From positions 15,996,001-16,060,000 of the forward strand of contig OZ296649.1 of NCBI GenBank assembly GCA_965655095.1: a stretch of DNA of 64,000 nt, read 5' to 3'. The position numbers and the translations under genes were made by a program. This DNA is from Haplodiscus bocki. Its lineage: Eukaryota. Positions 12,170-24,282 of the stretch are shown here, one piece after another (the first letter of the stretch is position 1; the number at the start of each line of letters is the position of its first letter). The notes under the pieces were generated by a model. The model ran no database searches. It worked only from the letters and a program-made list of their open reading frames with translations, and was not told where the DNA came from.

Positions 12170-15100
12170 ACATGGCTCAGTAAAACGATATCCTAACTGT
12201 ACTGAAACCAAAGAAACCACCGAAGAAAGACAAGAGACAAAACTAAACTACCATCCTAGGAGGACAGTGCCACTGACGGAAAGAATATTTACACGAGGAA
12301 TTGATGGCTGGAGGGATTCAAACACTATAATAGAAGCTTACACTGAACGGATATCGGACCACTAATAAAAAAGCCTGTACTGGAAAATGACAGCAGAAAC
12401 ATGGACCTATAAAAAAAGCTTTCCTATGGGCAATCAACCCGGAGGCACTGCACAAAAAAACGAGAGCAGAATACCGCATAAAGCGGGAAAAAGGAAAGGC
12501 AGCTAAATTAGTGGCACACTTTGACAGGTGTTACTGAGAACAGCGAAACCAATTAACAACAGAGAAGACTTCATTTGGGAACAACAAGTCGAGAAAAAAA
12601 CTCCCAGAGACCCTTCGAAAAAAATAGTTGAACTGGAGTGAGAAAGAAAGTTCCCACACCCCAGCGAAGAACTTCCCAGACCAAACTACCTGATATCCAC
12701 AGCCGACAAAAAGTTCAAAGATAAACTCATTTAAAGAAAAGTAACTAAATATATCGAAAAGCGAAACCGTCATGCAACAGAGCACATACGAACGAAAGAA
12801 CGAGAAAATCAAGAAAAATTGACGTGCTAATCTCAAACAAAAAATAACACACGAAGAACGAACCGAAACAAAACGAACAAAAATTCAGAAAAAACGACGT
12901 CCGACTGAAAGAACTCATCGGAAGAAATTGCATATTTTGTGATTCGGTTAATTGGAACCACTGACGTAATTGTCCGGATTTTGAACAAACCTGTCACAAT
13001 TGCAACAAAAATGGATGCCTCGCAGACAATTGTAGATGGAAAACAAAAAGAACAAGTGTTGACCGAAAAAGTAAAACAAATGAAGCGTAGCAAGTACAGC
13101 TACAAAACATTCAAGAAATTTGACGGAAGGGATCCAATGTATAGCTTATTGAAAAAGTCATTACATCATGACCGTGAAAGTAAATGAAAGACCAACAACG
13201 AATAATTGACACCGGATCTGCAATTTTTTTGGTTTCACTGAACGAAAAGAACTACAACAAAAAAACAAGGGAAGTCGAAAAACAATTGTCAAAATAAGAA
13301 CAAGAACGAATCAAATTCATCCGAAAAACCGAAGTAGTAACAGAAAAAAACTGAGCTGAATGCAAACGACTGGTTCTCATAACAGAAAAAAAAACAAAAA
13401 CAGATCGCTGAAGGTAACTGATTCTCCACGGGATTTCAAAATAACCAGCAAAACATTCCAACCGAAAACAAAGGACCGGGAACAAATTTTAGAGAAGTTT
13501 GGAAGTTGTTCCAAAGGAAAGTGACAAAAGACTGGAATAAAGTTGTACTTTAAGCCTGCACAAAAAAAACAGATCAATCTCCTACCTCTCACAAAACTTC
13601 CTAGAAAAAAATTAGCAGACAAATGTCGATTGCGCATATCGAATAGCTCAATTGTGGAAGAACATTGTATCGTATCTCTCTTTGAAGGAATTGTGAGCAA
13701 AAACAACACGAGGAATACTTTGTTCTCTTAAAGTAAAAGAAACAACATGTGCATAAAAGTCGAAAAAGTTATGCAAACCTGGAAAAAATACTCAATTGGA
13801 TATCAACTTCAATGTCAAGCAGAAACAGGAAACCACTATAGATCCCAAAATTGAAGTGATATTACGCATTTGAACAAACGAAACTTTCACAGGAAAGGAG
13901 CTAACAATATCGATTTGCAATTACTGGAAAGAACATACGCGAATATTGAGATATAAAAAACTTTACAACGGCCTAAGCAACATTCAAACTAAACTCTAAC
14001 AGAAAAGAAACTGAACGTTAATTTACCAAACAACCGTTTGGTTGGACGAAATTTTTATAATCATGTCTTTTTTTAATCAGAAGGAAGCAAAGAAGACCAA
14101 CAAAAATAAACTTTTTGGAAAACTAAGAGGTTCAAAAAATGCCAATTCCAGAACGTGCTAGATCACATCTTTTCTGAAAATCAAAATGCCGTGACAAAGA
14201 TCGATGAGAATGGACTGAAACAAAACGGAAACAAAACAAAAGTTGTTTTGGAGGTGCATACATGAAACACAATACAAGAAAGATATTCATTTTTCGAAGC
14301 AATACGATCTAGAGCAAAATTGCCAACGAAATATCACAAAGGGCAGCAGTTGGACCGAGACAACTATTGGAGAAAACGACAGAGGAATTGGAATAAAGGA
14401 ACAAAAGCAGAGTATGAGAACATAAAACGGATGATCTCCAAATTCTCTTGTCTTACACGTTTTGCCGAAGACCTAAAAAAGCAACAACCCATCAACCCAG
14501 CAAGCAATACCGGCATAGGCAAAAGACTCTGACTGAAACTAGAAGGCGGAGCAAAAAACTGAGGAAATTTCGAAGTTTTTTTGAAAATGATAATGAAAAA
14601 AGATTAATGGAGGGTTTAGAATTGTTTGCAATCTTACCGGGTCCAAAAAGATTTACCTTGAAAAACTAAGGGAAAAGTATACGTTTATGCAGACTACGAA
14701 GCATTAGTGCCGCTGATGATAAGTAATCGATTCAACTTACAGTATCCAGAACGTTTAAGGAAATGGTCACACAAACTAATCCATTTTGAAAAACCCAAAC
14801 AAACTTTCGCCTATTATGAAATTCACCGATTACCTGAGAAATTATGAGAAACAAGTAACCAGGGAGAAACAAAAAACTGCATTCAGAAAATTAGTTTGTC
14901 TTTTTCTATTCAATTGACATAAAATAAAATTTGGAGAAACGAACTTGACCAAGAAAATCGAAACGACAAGAGTTTTCCTTAACAAAGATGTGCTACCGAA
15001 CTCAATTACACGTTTTTTCATCTAGCCGAAACAGCAAAGATTTCCCAATTAAAACGGAGAATGTAAATGGGAATAAAGAAATTGAAGTGAACTCTAAAAA

Positions 15101-16990
15101 CAATTGGATCCATCAGGCCAAAACTACTCCATTAAAAAAATCGAAACACCGAATATTGTCATTATACCAACTAAAAAACACAAAAATTTTGACAGAGTAA
15201 CGATATTCAATTCAAAAAGTCCATGATTTCTCAACAACCAGTTTGCCTGAATAACGGGATTACGTCAAAATTCGCACCAAAACTGACACTGGAATTCATT
15301 TTATTTTTTTGAAGACCATGTCGAAAGCGGCAATCAAGAAAACTAATTTCCATACATGAGATCGAAGCGTTGCGAAATGAAATAGTTAGGGACGAAAAAT
15401 AAGTGTCCGGGAACCATTCGTTCTATGCAGCGAAGAACTAAGATTCCAAGGCTCGGTACTAAGAGACTGTATTCCATTACAAACCTTGTCAGAAAAGTGT
15501 GAGCTACCTGACGGCCAGAAAAACTTGGAAGAGACGAGCTGATAATGAATGATTTAGAGCTGTAATAACGAAAGAGTGGGGAAAACCGATGCGGTGGGCT
15601 AATATTCGAAAACATTTTCAAAACAACCGCTAATGATTTAGTCAAAAAATCAGACACCAGAAACAACGAGATAGTATGAGGGGACAATGTCCCGATGATT
15701 GATTTCAAATAGTTTGGTGTCTTGGAGAAAACCAAACACTACTTGAAGATGAAATAAATCAGCCACGAAAACAAACTGGGTCCAAGGGCTCATGAGAACA
15801 TAACAAAAGCCGAATCAAATTTTGAGATTGTTGTGAAAACCAGCAATATCAGAAACACTCGGTTGATGCGGAAGTGGGATATATGAAGTTCTGCATTAAG
15901 AAAGGAAAAAAAGGGAGAAAAAATGCCGGATTACTACAAAGGTTCAATTTGAACAAACCATCAAAAAGATGGGGACTGCTAATTAGTGGAGACAAGAGTT
16001 TAAACGTGGTGAATCGCGGGACTGTTGTTGTAAACTTCTCACGTTTCTGTCACCAGGGAATAACGAAACCGGTGACAGACAGTTAAAAATTCTGATGATC
16101 AAAGTGTGAGGAAGAGCCATGAAAAAAAGATCAAAACTTGCACGTCATGAATGAGTTCCAGTAAGAATTCAAAATATCAATTTTCAATCACCAAAAAAAA
16201 ACGAATGAAATGTTCGGCGGAACTGCGACATGAAATAATACTCAATTTTTCCGGGAAATTGGACAGTCAAGGGGTGGGAGACGAACCGATTATGTTATTA
16301 GCGGTAGACTGGTTCAGCGAATGGCCATCATTGGAATAAGATAAAAAGATGAAATCAAAGATGTTATCAAACGTTCGGAAGATTTTTAAAACCTACACCG
16401 CGTGCTAACAAAATATAAAAAAGGTTGAAGACAGTACTTTTTCATCAAAAGAACACAAAGTGGTCTGTAAAAGCAAAAACATCGAAGCCGAAAGTTGTAT
16501 ATGCGGATGACGTACTTAGACAGAACAGTCGAATGGGCTGTTCGGAGATCGAAAAACAGTTTTTTTTGCAATATTGATCAAGAAAACCGGACTCACCAGC
16601 AGTGTGGACTCAGCAAAACGAATCATGCTGTTTGGGAATCAGAAGCGAACATAAAAAGTACCGTTCAATGTTTATCACGGATGTAGGCAGCGAACGAAAA
16701 CAATCAAATTTTTTAGAGACCGTGAATTTTTCTTCTCTGATTGATCCGTCGAACTTTCAATTTTTCTTAAAAATACCTGGTTAACATTGGACATCATTCT
16801 GATCAAAAACTCGGTTGGTACGTTTTTCTTGTAAGATTCAGCATCATTGCATTTGAGAGCAAGACAACTTAGTGACATCTCCCAGGTTTCAATTGATTTC
16901 CGTTGCACTTTTGTTCAGAGATAATTTACTGGCGGGCATGAACCTAAATATTCAAAGTTTCGTGCAGAGGGGGGTTGTACTGTTCTACGG
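12170..16990 (+). mobile_element. Highly degenerate Ty3/Gypsy retrotransposon (element B)
   Basis: Zinc-knuckle remnant CHNCNK (~12990); integrase remnant LNFSGKL...LLAVDWFSEWP (16151-16339); purine tract AGAGGGGGG followed by TGTAC near 16967-16980 (PPT and LTR start). No long ORFs remain. Confidence 0.6.
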
Positions 16991-17002
16991 CTAGTCAATT
17001 GA

Positions 17003-17690
17003 CTACTTACTTTCTGCGTATTCGATAGCTGTTTTGAGATGTTGTTCAACTGTCCAAGCTTGTTCTCTTAGTTGAAAGAAGAACGATCCAAAGAATTTAG
17101 AGCACCCATTTAGTGTTCGGAACTTTTCGCCAAACAGATGGGAGAGTTCTGTAGTTGTGCAAATAGTGTCCTCAAAAAATTTTGAAAATTGAAAAGATTT
17201 AGATTTCAAGACAAAAGAAGAGAACTTGCAGAAGTTTGAAAACGAGTCTCGTTTGTAATTCTCTGTGAGAGTGAAGGAAAGTTGTGAACTTCTCATTTTC
17301 CGTCCAACCGCTCAATATTTCAAAATTCAAGGTTTTCTCAAATTTATCGCCAAAAACGGCAGGCATAGGGCCGAGGCGTACCAATTATTTTGATCGCAGT
17401 TTGAAGGAGCAGCAAAAACGGTGTTAGCATGACAAGTGTCAAAAATAGGACTTGGAGATTTTCACGGAGTACCGTTCGTTAAGCAATCAGGTCTAGCGCC
17501 GAAGGTAAGGTGCCGGCAACTAGAAAGGCATCGTTTAAATTTCGTTCTAGGCATGTAAACTTTGTCTTGAATTTTTCAAACTTGCAATTCGAGCTCTGTA
17601 ATCGCTGTCACACTACAATTCCTTGAAAATGTAAACTAATAATTTTTATTTCACGTTGTTTAAAGTTATCACGGTTCAAAATTTGCTCTT
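17003..17690 (-). repeat. Copy 1 of a ~690 bp diverged duplicated coding segment (copy 2 at 30278-30960)
   Basis: Shared blocks include TTTAGAGCACCCATTTAGTGTT, CCGTTCGTTAAG and CGCCGAAGGTA. Both copies end at a minus-strand GTAA splice donor. Confidence 0.8.
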
Positions 17691-17699
17691 ATTTTAACG

Positions 17700-18245
17700 G
17701 GGTAAGTCGTCACCCCACTGATAATGATTTGAAACCGATGTTGCCACCATCGGGATCTTTAAGGGACCATCCATCAGTTTCACTAAAAGGTGTCTTATGA
17801 GTGATGTAGTAATAGCAGTGTACTGTGGTTTTTGTGGTGGAGTCAGCCGCAGAATTAGGTCAATTACGCTCCTGCGTCTTTTGGTGATTCAGCACGTGCG
17901 TCCAACTGTTACAGGGTTCCAATTGATCTCTAATTTCGAGACATATCGTTTTGGGCCTGAGCCATCTTGTAAAAAATCAACAAAATTCCTAGCAGAAGTT
18001 GTCAAAGAAAATGTCGCCAAAGTGTCAATAGTTGAAGCTGAACCAAATAGATAGGGAATGAGGTAAAATTTGTATCCATACGGGCGGGACATAAAAATGG
18101 GGTTACAAATTCTTGTGGTGAGAACATTTTTCGTCCATGTCCAAAAACAAATACCTGGCAGAGTAAAGAACGAAATTCACGGATGACACTTACCAGAGAA
18201 AAACCCTGTATTGCAAAGTCCAAGCTGACAAATTTGATCGTTCAT
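17700..18245 (-). pseudogene. TRAF-type MATH domain ORF (frameshifted)
   Basis: ICNPIFMSRPYGYKFYLIPYLFGSASTIDTLATFSL..RNFVDFL and, after a frameshift, WLRPKTICLEIRDQ. These match the TRAF-C pattern S.PFY...GYK.....Y.NG...G.HLS.F.....G.YD.LL.WPF..K..L.L.DQ. Confidence 0.65.
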
Positions 18246-18270
18246 TGATGCATATTGAGATTATAAGGCT

Positions 18271-18274
<4 letters not shown>

Positions 18275-18303
<29 letters not shown>
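18275..18303 (+). repeat. (AG)14 microsatellite
   Basis: Read directly from the sequence. Confidence 0.98.
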
Positions 18304-18305
<2 letters not shown>

Positions 18306-19478
18306 TGCGTAAAAGTTTCGGAAACAAAACGTTTTACTGAACATTTCTTCCCATTTTCTAAAGCCTTTAGGGAAGTAATTATAGAGTAGCAGTTGATTGA
18401 GAAATTTTAATTTTCTGAGGATGAAGGAGAGTGAAATTGCTTTGAAACTATTATGATAGTAGTTGAAAGATGGTGCTTCCGGTTTTTTGGTTGTGATGTG
18501 AATACTAAGTAGTAGAAGGGTTGATTGTATCGAGCATGCCGGCCAAAGTGTTTGGTTTCTGTTCGGATAGGTAGTTTTTGTATGCTGAGACGAGTCATTT
18601 GAGGTCCCACGTGTGTTTTGAAGAGGATAAATTATGATAAATGGCAGGTGATTAGAGTCTTTTTTCGCATGATGTTTTTGCGAAAACAAAGAATAAAAGA
18701 TTTTTAACGTTAGTGTGCGATAAAAGACCGAATTGGGACAACGAGTGGCCGGGAAGGGAGAAGAGTGTTCTGGGTGGTGATCTCTTGTCTTTCAATGTCC
18801 AGAAAGAATTTTCCCACGAAGCAAACTCTGCTCTCAGTTCAGAGTGTAAATGAGAGTTAAATCTGGGGCTTACTACTGGTGATGCCAAAAAGCAAAGTGT
18901 TCTCCTTTATGATGCCGAGCAAGGGCTACCCGGTCCCCTCTGCCAAGGCTATCACTTTTTCCCTGTTCGACGAGGCAAAGTCGTCTTCGAGGTTGAATAC
19001 GTTTGTCACTAGGAGGCAAGGAATTTTGTTCACTTTCTCGAATTGTTGACGACAAACCAAGAGGTTCAGAACGACCAGTAGCCGTAGTAGCAACGGAGTT
19101 CGTGGCAACGCAAATCATGTTTGGAGTCGCAGGGACGATGTTCAGTTGGGCGTCTGCAGAAGCAAGTCCAGCTGGAAATGTTGTTGTGAGAAAGGGTGCT
19201 GGAAAAAAAGTAAGCACAAGATCAATGGGATGTTCCAACAATGCGAGCGCGCTTGCGAATGAAAGTCTGGTTCCACGTCACCGAAAATTAGTAGATAGTC
19301 GTCACTATCTCGCCCTAACTGAGATGATTGAAGATCTAAACGTCGGAAAAACAAAAGCGATGATGGTTCAGATTTTAAACAGGCGACATAATAAGTGTTG
19401 CAGAGTGTATGGCAGAATAGAGGTGCTTTTTTTCGTATCCTGTTACATATCTTGAGTGTCTTTTGTTACACATTAGCT

Positions 19479-21465
19479 TTATTCCGTCTGCTCAAAAACG
19501 ACCATGGCTGGGGCACGAAGGTTTTCTACGGACGTTAGATGGGATGTTAGAAAGATGTTAAAAGAGGCACTCAGGAGGGTCCGACGAAACTCTGAGTAGA
19601 GCTAGTGATGTTCTCTCTTCTCTTGGATTTCACTATCATGACTACCATGTCGATGGATAGTTAAAGGATCAAAAAGACTGAAAAGTAAAACCCGCATTGT
19701 CTTAGCACGTAGACAAAAGGTCCAAAGGTGTCTAAGACCTGATCGCTAAAATACCAAAAAGAGCTGATTTTGTCTACAAAAAAGTAGTTTCTTGTGATGT
19801 AATAGCCGAAGACGTCAGTTCTTTCTGGAGGAAGAGTTTATACGGTAAGATTCTGTGGAAAGTTCTTCAATGCTGTTCTCAAAGCAGCAGTAACTAGAAT
19901 TTTTTCCCAAAATCCTCGAGGTTCACTTCAAGGTTACATCCCAGCGTCTTGGACTGCGGTGAAAAGATAACAAAACTGGCTTTTATCTCGAAGTGCAAAC
20001 TCTACAAGTTATTTCTGGTGTACCATGCCAGGAGTCAACTTTAAACAAAATTCTTCTTGGTCCCTGTCGAGCTAGAAATTGATCATCGTCCCATCAGAGC
20101 AATTCTGAACATTGGGTAAGTCTGTCGTGTAATGACATCAACGACATGAATTTCACCTCTGTGTGGGATTGGATTTTTATCGTAGCAGTGGATCGTTGTT
20201 TGAAGCCGGGATTGAAACTTTGAGCTTTTTCTAGCGAAGCTAAGCTGCCATCTGTTTCTTAAAATTTTTTCTGATCTCCATTACACATTCAACATGCCCA
20301 GCGGGGTTTTTTCAGTTCAAGTTTCAAGTTTGTTAGGGTCTGAGTATTCACCTGCTGTCACTGATTGTGTAGTAACTGGATCTTTTTTCCTCGGATTAAA
20401 GGCGATTTTTGGATGAAAAAGTAATCATTGTTTGTTTGAGCTGCATCTTATAGTCCCTAATGAAGTCGCTTTTACTGCATGCTGCTTGTGACTTATGCGT
20501 CGCTACCATTTTGGGGATTATGGGTAAAAATGTGACCAAAATCGTTTTTCTCCATCGCCATCAAGACTTTTAGGTTTTTAGTCATGCCTTTTTTTTCTCA
20601 ACTCGTGTTCCATCCAGTGTCTAAGTCGAGAACTTCGCTCAAACAATTCATATAGAATGAGTCATAATGTGTTTAAAAAAGCGTGGGCTTTCTGCAGTGT
20701 TTTTGAAGATTGTTTTTGACTTTGAATTGGAATTCAAAATTGGAATCAGGTCTAACGATAACGTAAAATTTCATGTTATGTTTCACCGCGTTCACTTCTG
20801 CAATTCCGAGAAGTGAGAGCTCGCGAAATCCGGGTAGTCTCAAGTGTGAGCGAATGTGCCCCTGAATTAGTTTCGCATCCCAACTCCTATAAGTTTTATG
20901 GTAAAATTTGTCCTGCTTCGAATAAAATTCTCCCATTTTCCTTTGCAGGATCAAACGTTGTTTGCATTTGAGTTAGAAAAAGGTCGACTCCTTCGCAACA
21001 CAAACATTTCGGTTATAATCACTGTAAGACTAAACAGGTTTGTCTTGTGTGAGTCAAATTCCATTGAAGGGTCTGGCAAGATAACATTTTTCCTTGGAAA
21101 GTTTCTGACATTGTTCGAAAGAAATGACTATATCTGTTGTATTTTCAGTAAAAGAGTTGTCACTTCTACTGTGACCGTCCGATCCACAGTGCATTTTTTT
21201 GTTGTTGTATTCGAAGTTTCAATGCGTTCAATTTTTTTCCGGAAGCGCTTGTTACAAAGTGTGTGTTTCGTTTTGCTGATTTGAAATTCTTGTTGTCTGA
21301 TGTGGCTTGGTTGTGCCTGGTTTGCTGCGTAGAGAGTTATTTTGTGTCACGTCACTGCAATCGAATTTGTCCACTTTCAGAGCCGGAGCAATATGGTCTC
21401 CGTTTGGAACTAAATATTAAACTAAATGTACAAAACTACAAATTTTTGAGAAAGATTGACTTCAT
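19479..21465 (-). pseudogene. env: env: chuvirus-like class III fusion glycoprotein, decayed
   Basis: Signal-like start MKSIFLKNL*FCTFSLIFSS; KFDCSD (~21360); MHCGSDGHS...ISFEQCQKL (21100-21194); C-terminal TM region FGPFVYVLRQCGFYFSVFLIL*LSIDMVVMIVK (19630-19727). Total length is about 2 kb. Confidence 0.6.
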
Positions 21466-21479
21466 GGCTGATTTTCTCT

Positions 21480-22772
21480 GCGGAAAATTCATCTCTTTTT
21501 TTTCTGAAAGGTAGCTATCGAAAAGACGTTGTCAAAGCAGGCTGTAAAAAGAAACCGGCAGCTTTGTTGCCAAAAACACAAAGCTGGAGCTACGTTTTTT
21601 TTGTAGTAAGTCAAATACTGGAAAACAACGAGATTGTTATTGACTGGACTGAAAATGGTGTTCGAAAAGTGCCAAAGGAAAATTTCTCTAACCTCAATTT
21701 TTGATTTGAAGCTATGAAAATCAGCTTTAGTTCGTGTCATACTTTTTTATCCTGAGCCAAGGGTCATCGGTTGACATTGGAGAAAAGGCTCTCTTGAAAA
21801 GTGTTTCTGAACCGGACGGTCTCGAATGAAGATCAGGAAGTTTTACGATTTCAAACAAAGCCGAGGGAAGGTTAGTTAGGTTTTCCGGTTCCAGTATAGT
21901 GAGTTTTTGTTCCAAAACCCATATTGAAGTTGTCGCAGACACTGCATTCCAATAACAATTGGTCTGTCTTCCCGCCAGGCGAAATTCATTTTTTTCTCAA
22001 GTTGATTACTAGTTGCCGTGTACTTCCAAAGAAACTTCGTGTTCAGCTCAAGTGTAATAAATTTTCTGGATGCATGCAGAATGTTCATTGATCTCTGCTA
22101 CCGGGCGGAAAATCTTCAATTTTCTGTCATTGTGTTGTTTCCACGCTCCTATGTGAAGAGTTTTAGAGCGATTAAATTCTCAACAACAGTCTGCATTCGA
22201 TATTTTTGTATGCTCTTGTTCGTAACAATTTTCGATTGTTTTGCTTCCGAAGTTTCGATTTTGGCTTCCGGCTTGTGCCGGTATTGGGTTTTTGTATATT
22301 TTTTCCGCGGCTAATGTTCTGATTCTTTGAAGCACTAGATTTTCACCTATACTTCGTTAATAGTTTCCTGTGTTTTTTTCAAAGTTCTCGGTAGCTGGAT
22401 TATAGGTTACTCATCTCACACTTTAATTATTTCGTTGACTTGCAGGAAAACAATTGTCATCTGGTTGGTGGGAATTTTCCATTGAAAAAAACCTGAGAGT
22501 GAAAACTCGTGGTTTTTTGGCTGAATTGAAGGATACAAAAGAGCGCTAATTTTTCTTCTTTCAACTCTCTGCAGTTGTGAGCAAATGTTTTTAGTTGAGT
22601 ATCGGTTCAGGTTAGCATTAGTTGCTCTCCGGTTCGATCCCGTTAATGAATATCTGACTTACCTGATAATAGTGTTTCAAATAATTCCTTTTCTGAAAAA
22701 TATCGTTTGCTAACTGATGAGTAGATGAACAAAAATTGGGAAGAGGATGAAGAAAGAAAAGGTGTTCTTCAT
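21480..22772 (-). pseudogene. Second accessory, signal-peptide-bearing (env-like/secreted) ORF, decayed
   Basis: Begins MKNTFSFFILFPIFVHLLIS (hydrophobic leader) at 22772. Collinear ORF fragments at 21876-22088, 21727-21942 and 21489-21740. Confidence 0.4.
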
Positions 22773-24282
22773 TTCCTTTCAGCAGGATAATTTTCAACGG
22801 CTTTTTGCAACAAAGTTTATTGTCGTCGATCTTCTTTTGTTATGTTCGGCTTTCTTTTGTCGCAAGCAAGCCTCCTGGGGAAAATCGATGAAGGTGTCTA
22901 CATGGTCGGCCGTATTTGACGGTGGTAAAAGAAGTTACTAAACAACATTTTTTCAAAGATTTGAGGGTTCTAGAAAACTCTAGTAGGATGGTGGGTCTGG
23001 CTCCTTTGCAGTAACGTCTTCTCTTCGTCTGTTCTTTGTTGTTGCAGAATGACAAAGTCACCGCCCGTCGTTTTGTACGTGGAAGGATTAAAAAGTGAGA
23101 GTCCTTCCCCAGACCTTTCTCCCTTCCATGCCACCGCAAAAGAGTCATTCGTGGTTGACTTTTACAAATCTGGAGAGCCCTAATTTTTGGCAGGATGGTT
23201 GGATAACCTTTGTGAGTCTTCAACCGGGAGAAACCCTGCCTGTCGTCCCGCAGTGCACAGTGTTTGTAAGATTTCGTGTCTTCGTGAAAAGTCTGCATGG
23301 GATCACGGGGAAACTTTGGTTTTAGCTCCATCTGGTAGGGTTTGTTTGGTCGAGCGTCGACCGATATTTCCCGGGTACCTCCGACTCACAGAGGTGAAGA
23401 GGGAGGACACTGTTCAACTTAGTGGTGCGAGATCTTTGGAAGAATTCCAGGTGCGTCTGAAAGTTCTGGCGGAAGCAGGAGGCTTCTGTGGCTTGGGTTG
23501 GGCAACTCCTGCCGGCAGGGTTATGCCTCCGAAGGTTTAATTCAATACCAATCTACTAACACTGTGCATGGGAAGCATCAAGATAGATTGGGATTGCACT
23601 CACAAAGACACAAAAAACTTCCGTTGAGAACCATCTAACCATCTGTTGAGTCATCCTAATCTTTTAAGAAGTAATGTCCTAGCTGACCTGAGCTACGTAT
23701 AGACTGAAATAAATAAAGAGATAATTTTTTTATATAAATAGTAGGAACTCTTCCATAAAAAGCTCAAGGTGATCAAGTGAACAATAACACAAAACTTTGC
23801 CACTTTTGGAAACTCCAAATTAATTTGAAGGTTGAATTTATCAGGAGAACAGACTTAGAATCGTGTGGAGACATAGGTGTCACATATACGGTTAGAATCC
23901 CGGTCGGATAGTTGCAACAGATTTTAGTAACGAGGATTGTCTGCAGATCAATACCGGACAGAGAAGTGGCCGCTATCCACAGACCATCAGGGTAGATGTA
24001 GTGATTTTCAGGTTTTTGCTCTAGCTTAGAAAACATCAAAGTAAAAGTGAACCCGGGGTTTTTCAATATCTTGAACAACAAAGCATTTCGAGAAGCCTTT
24101 TTAGTGTAAGGAAGGATTAAAAACACTGTTTAACTGTGAGCAAGTACTTTTCGGATTTGATAGCCTTGGCAGGTGCAATTATGGATTAACGAGTAGGATT
24201 TGAGTTCGTTTGATTGAGTTCTTCAATGTTTTGGCTCCGTGGTTACAGTTTCGTTTGTTACGTATAAATTGTTCGATCGTAG

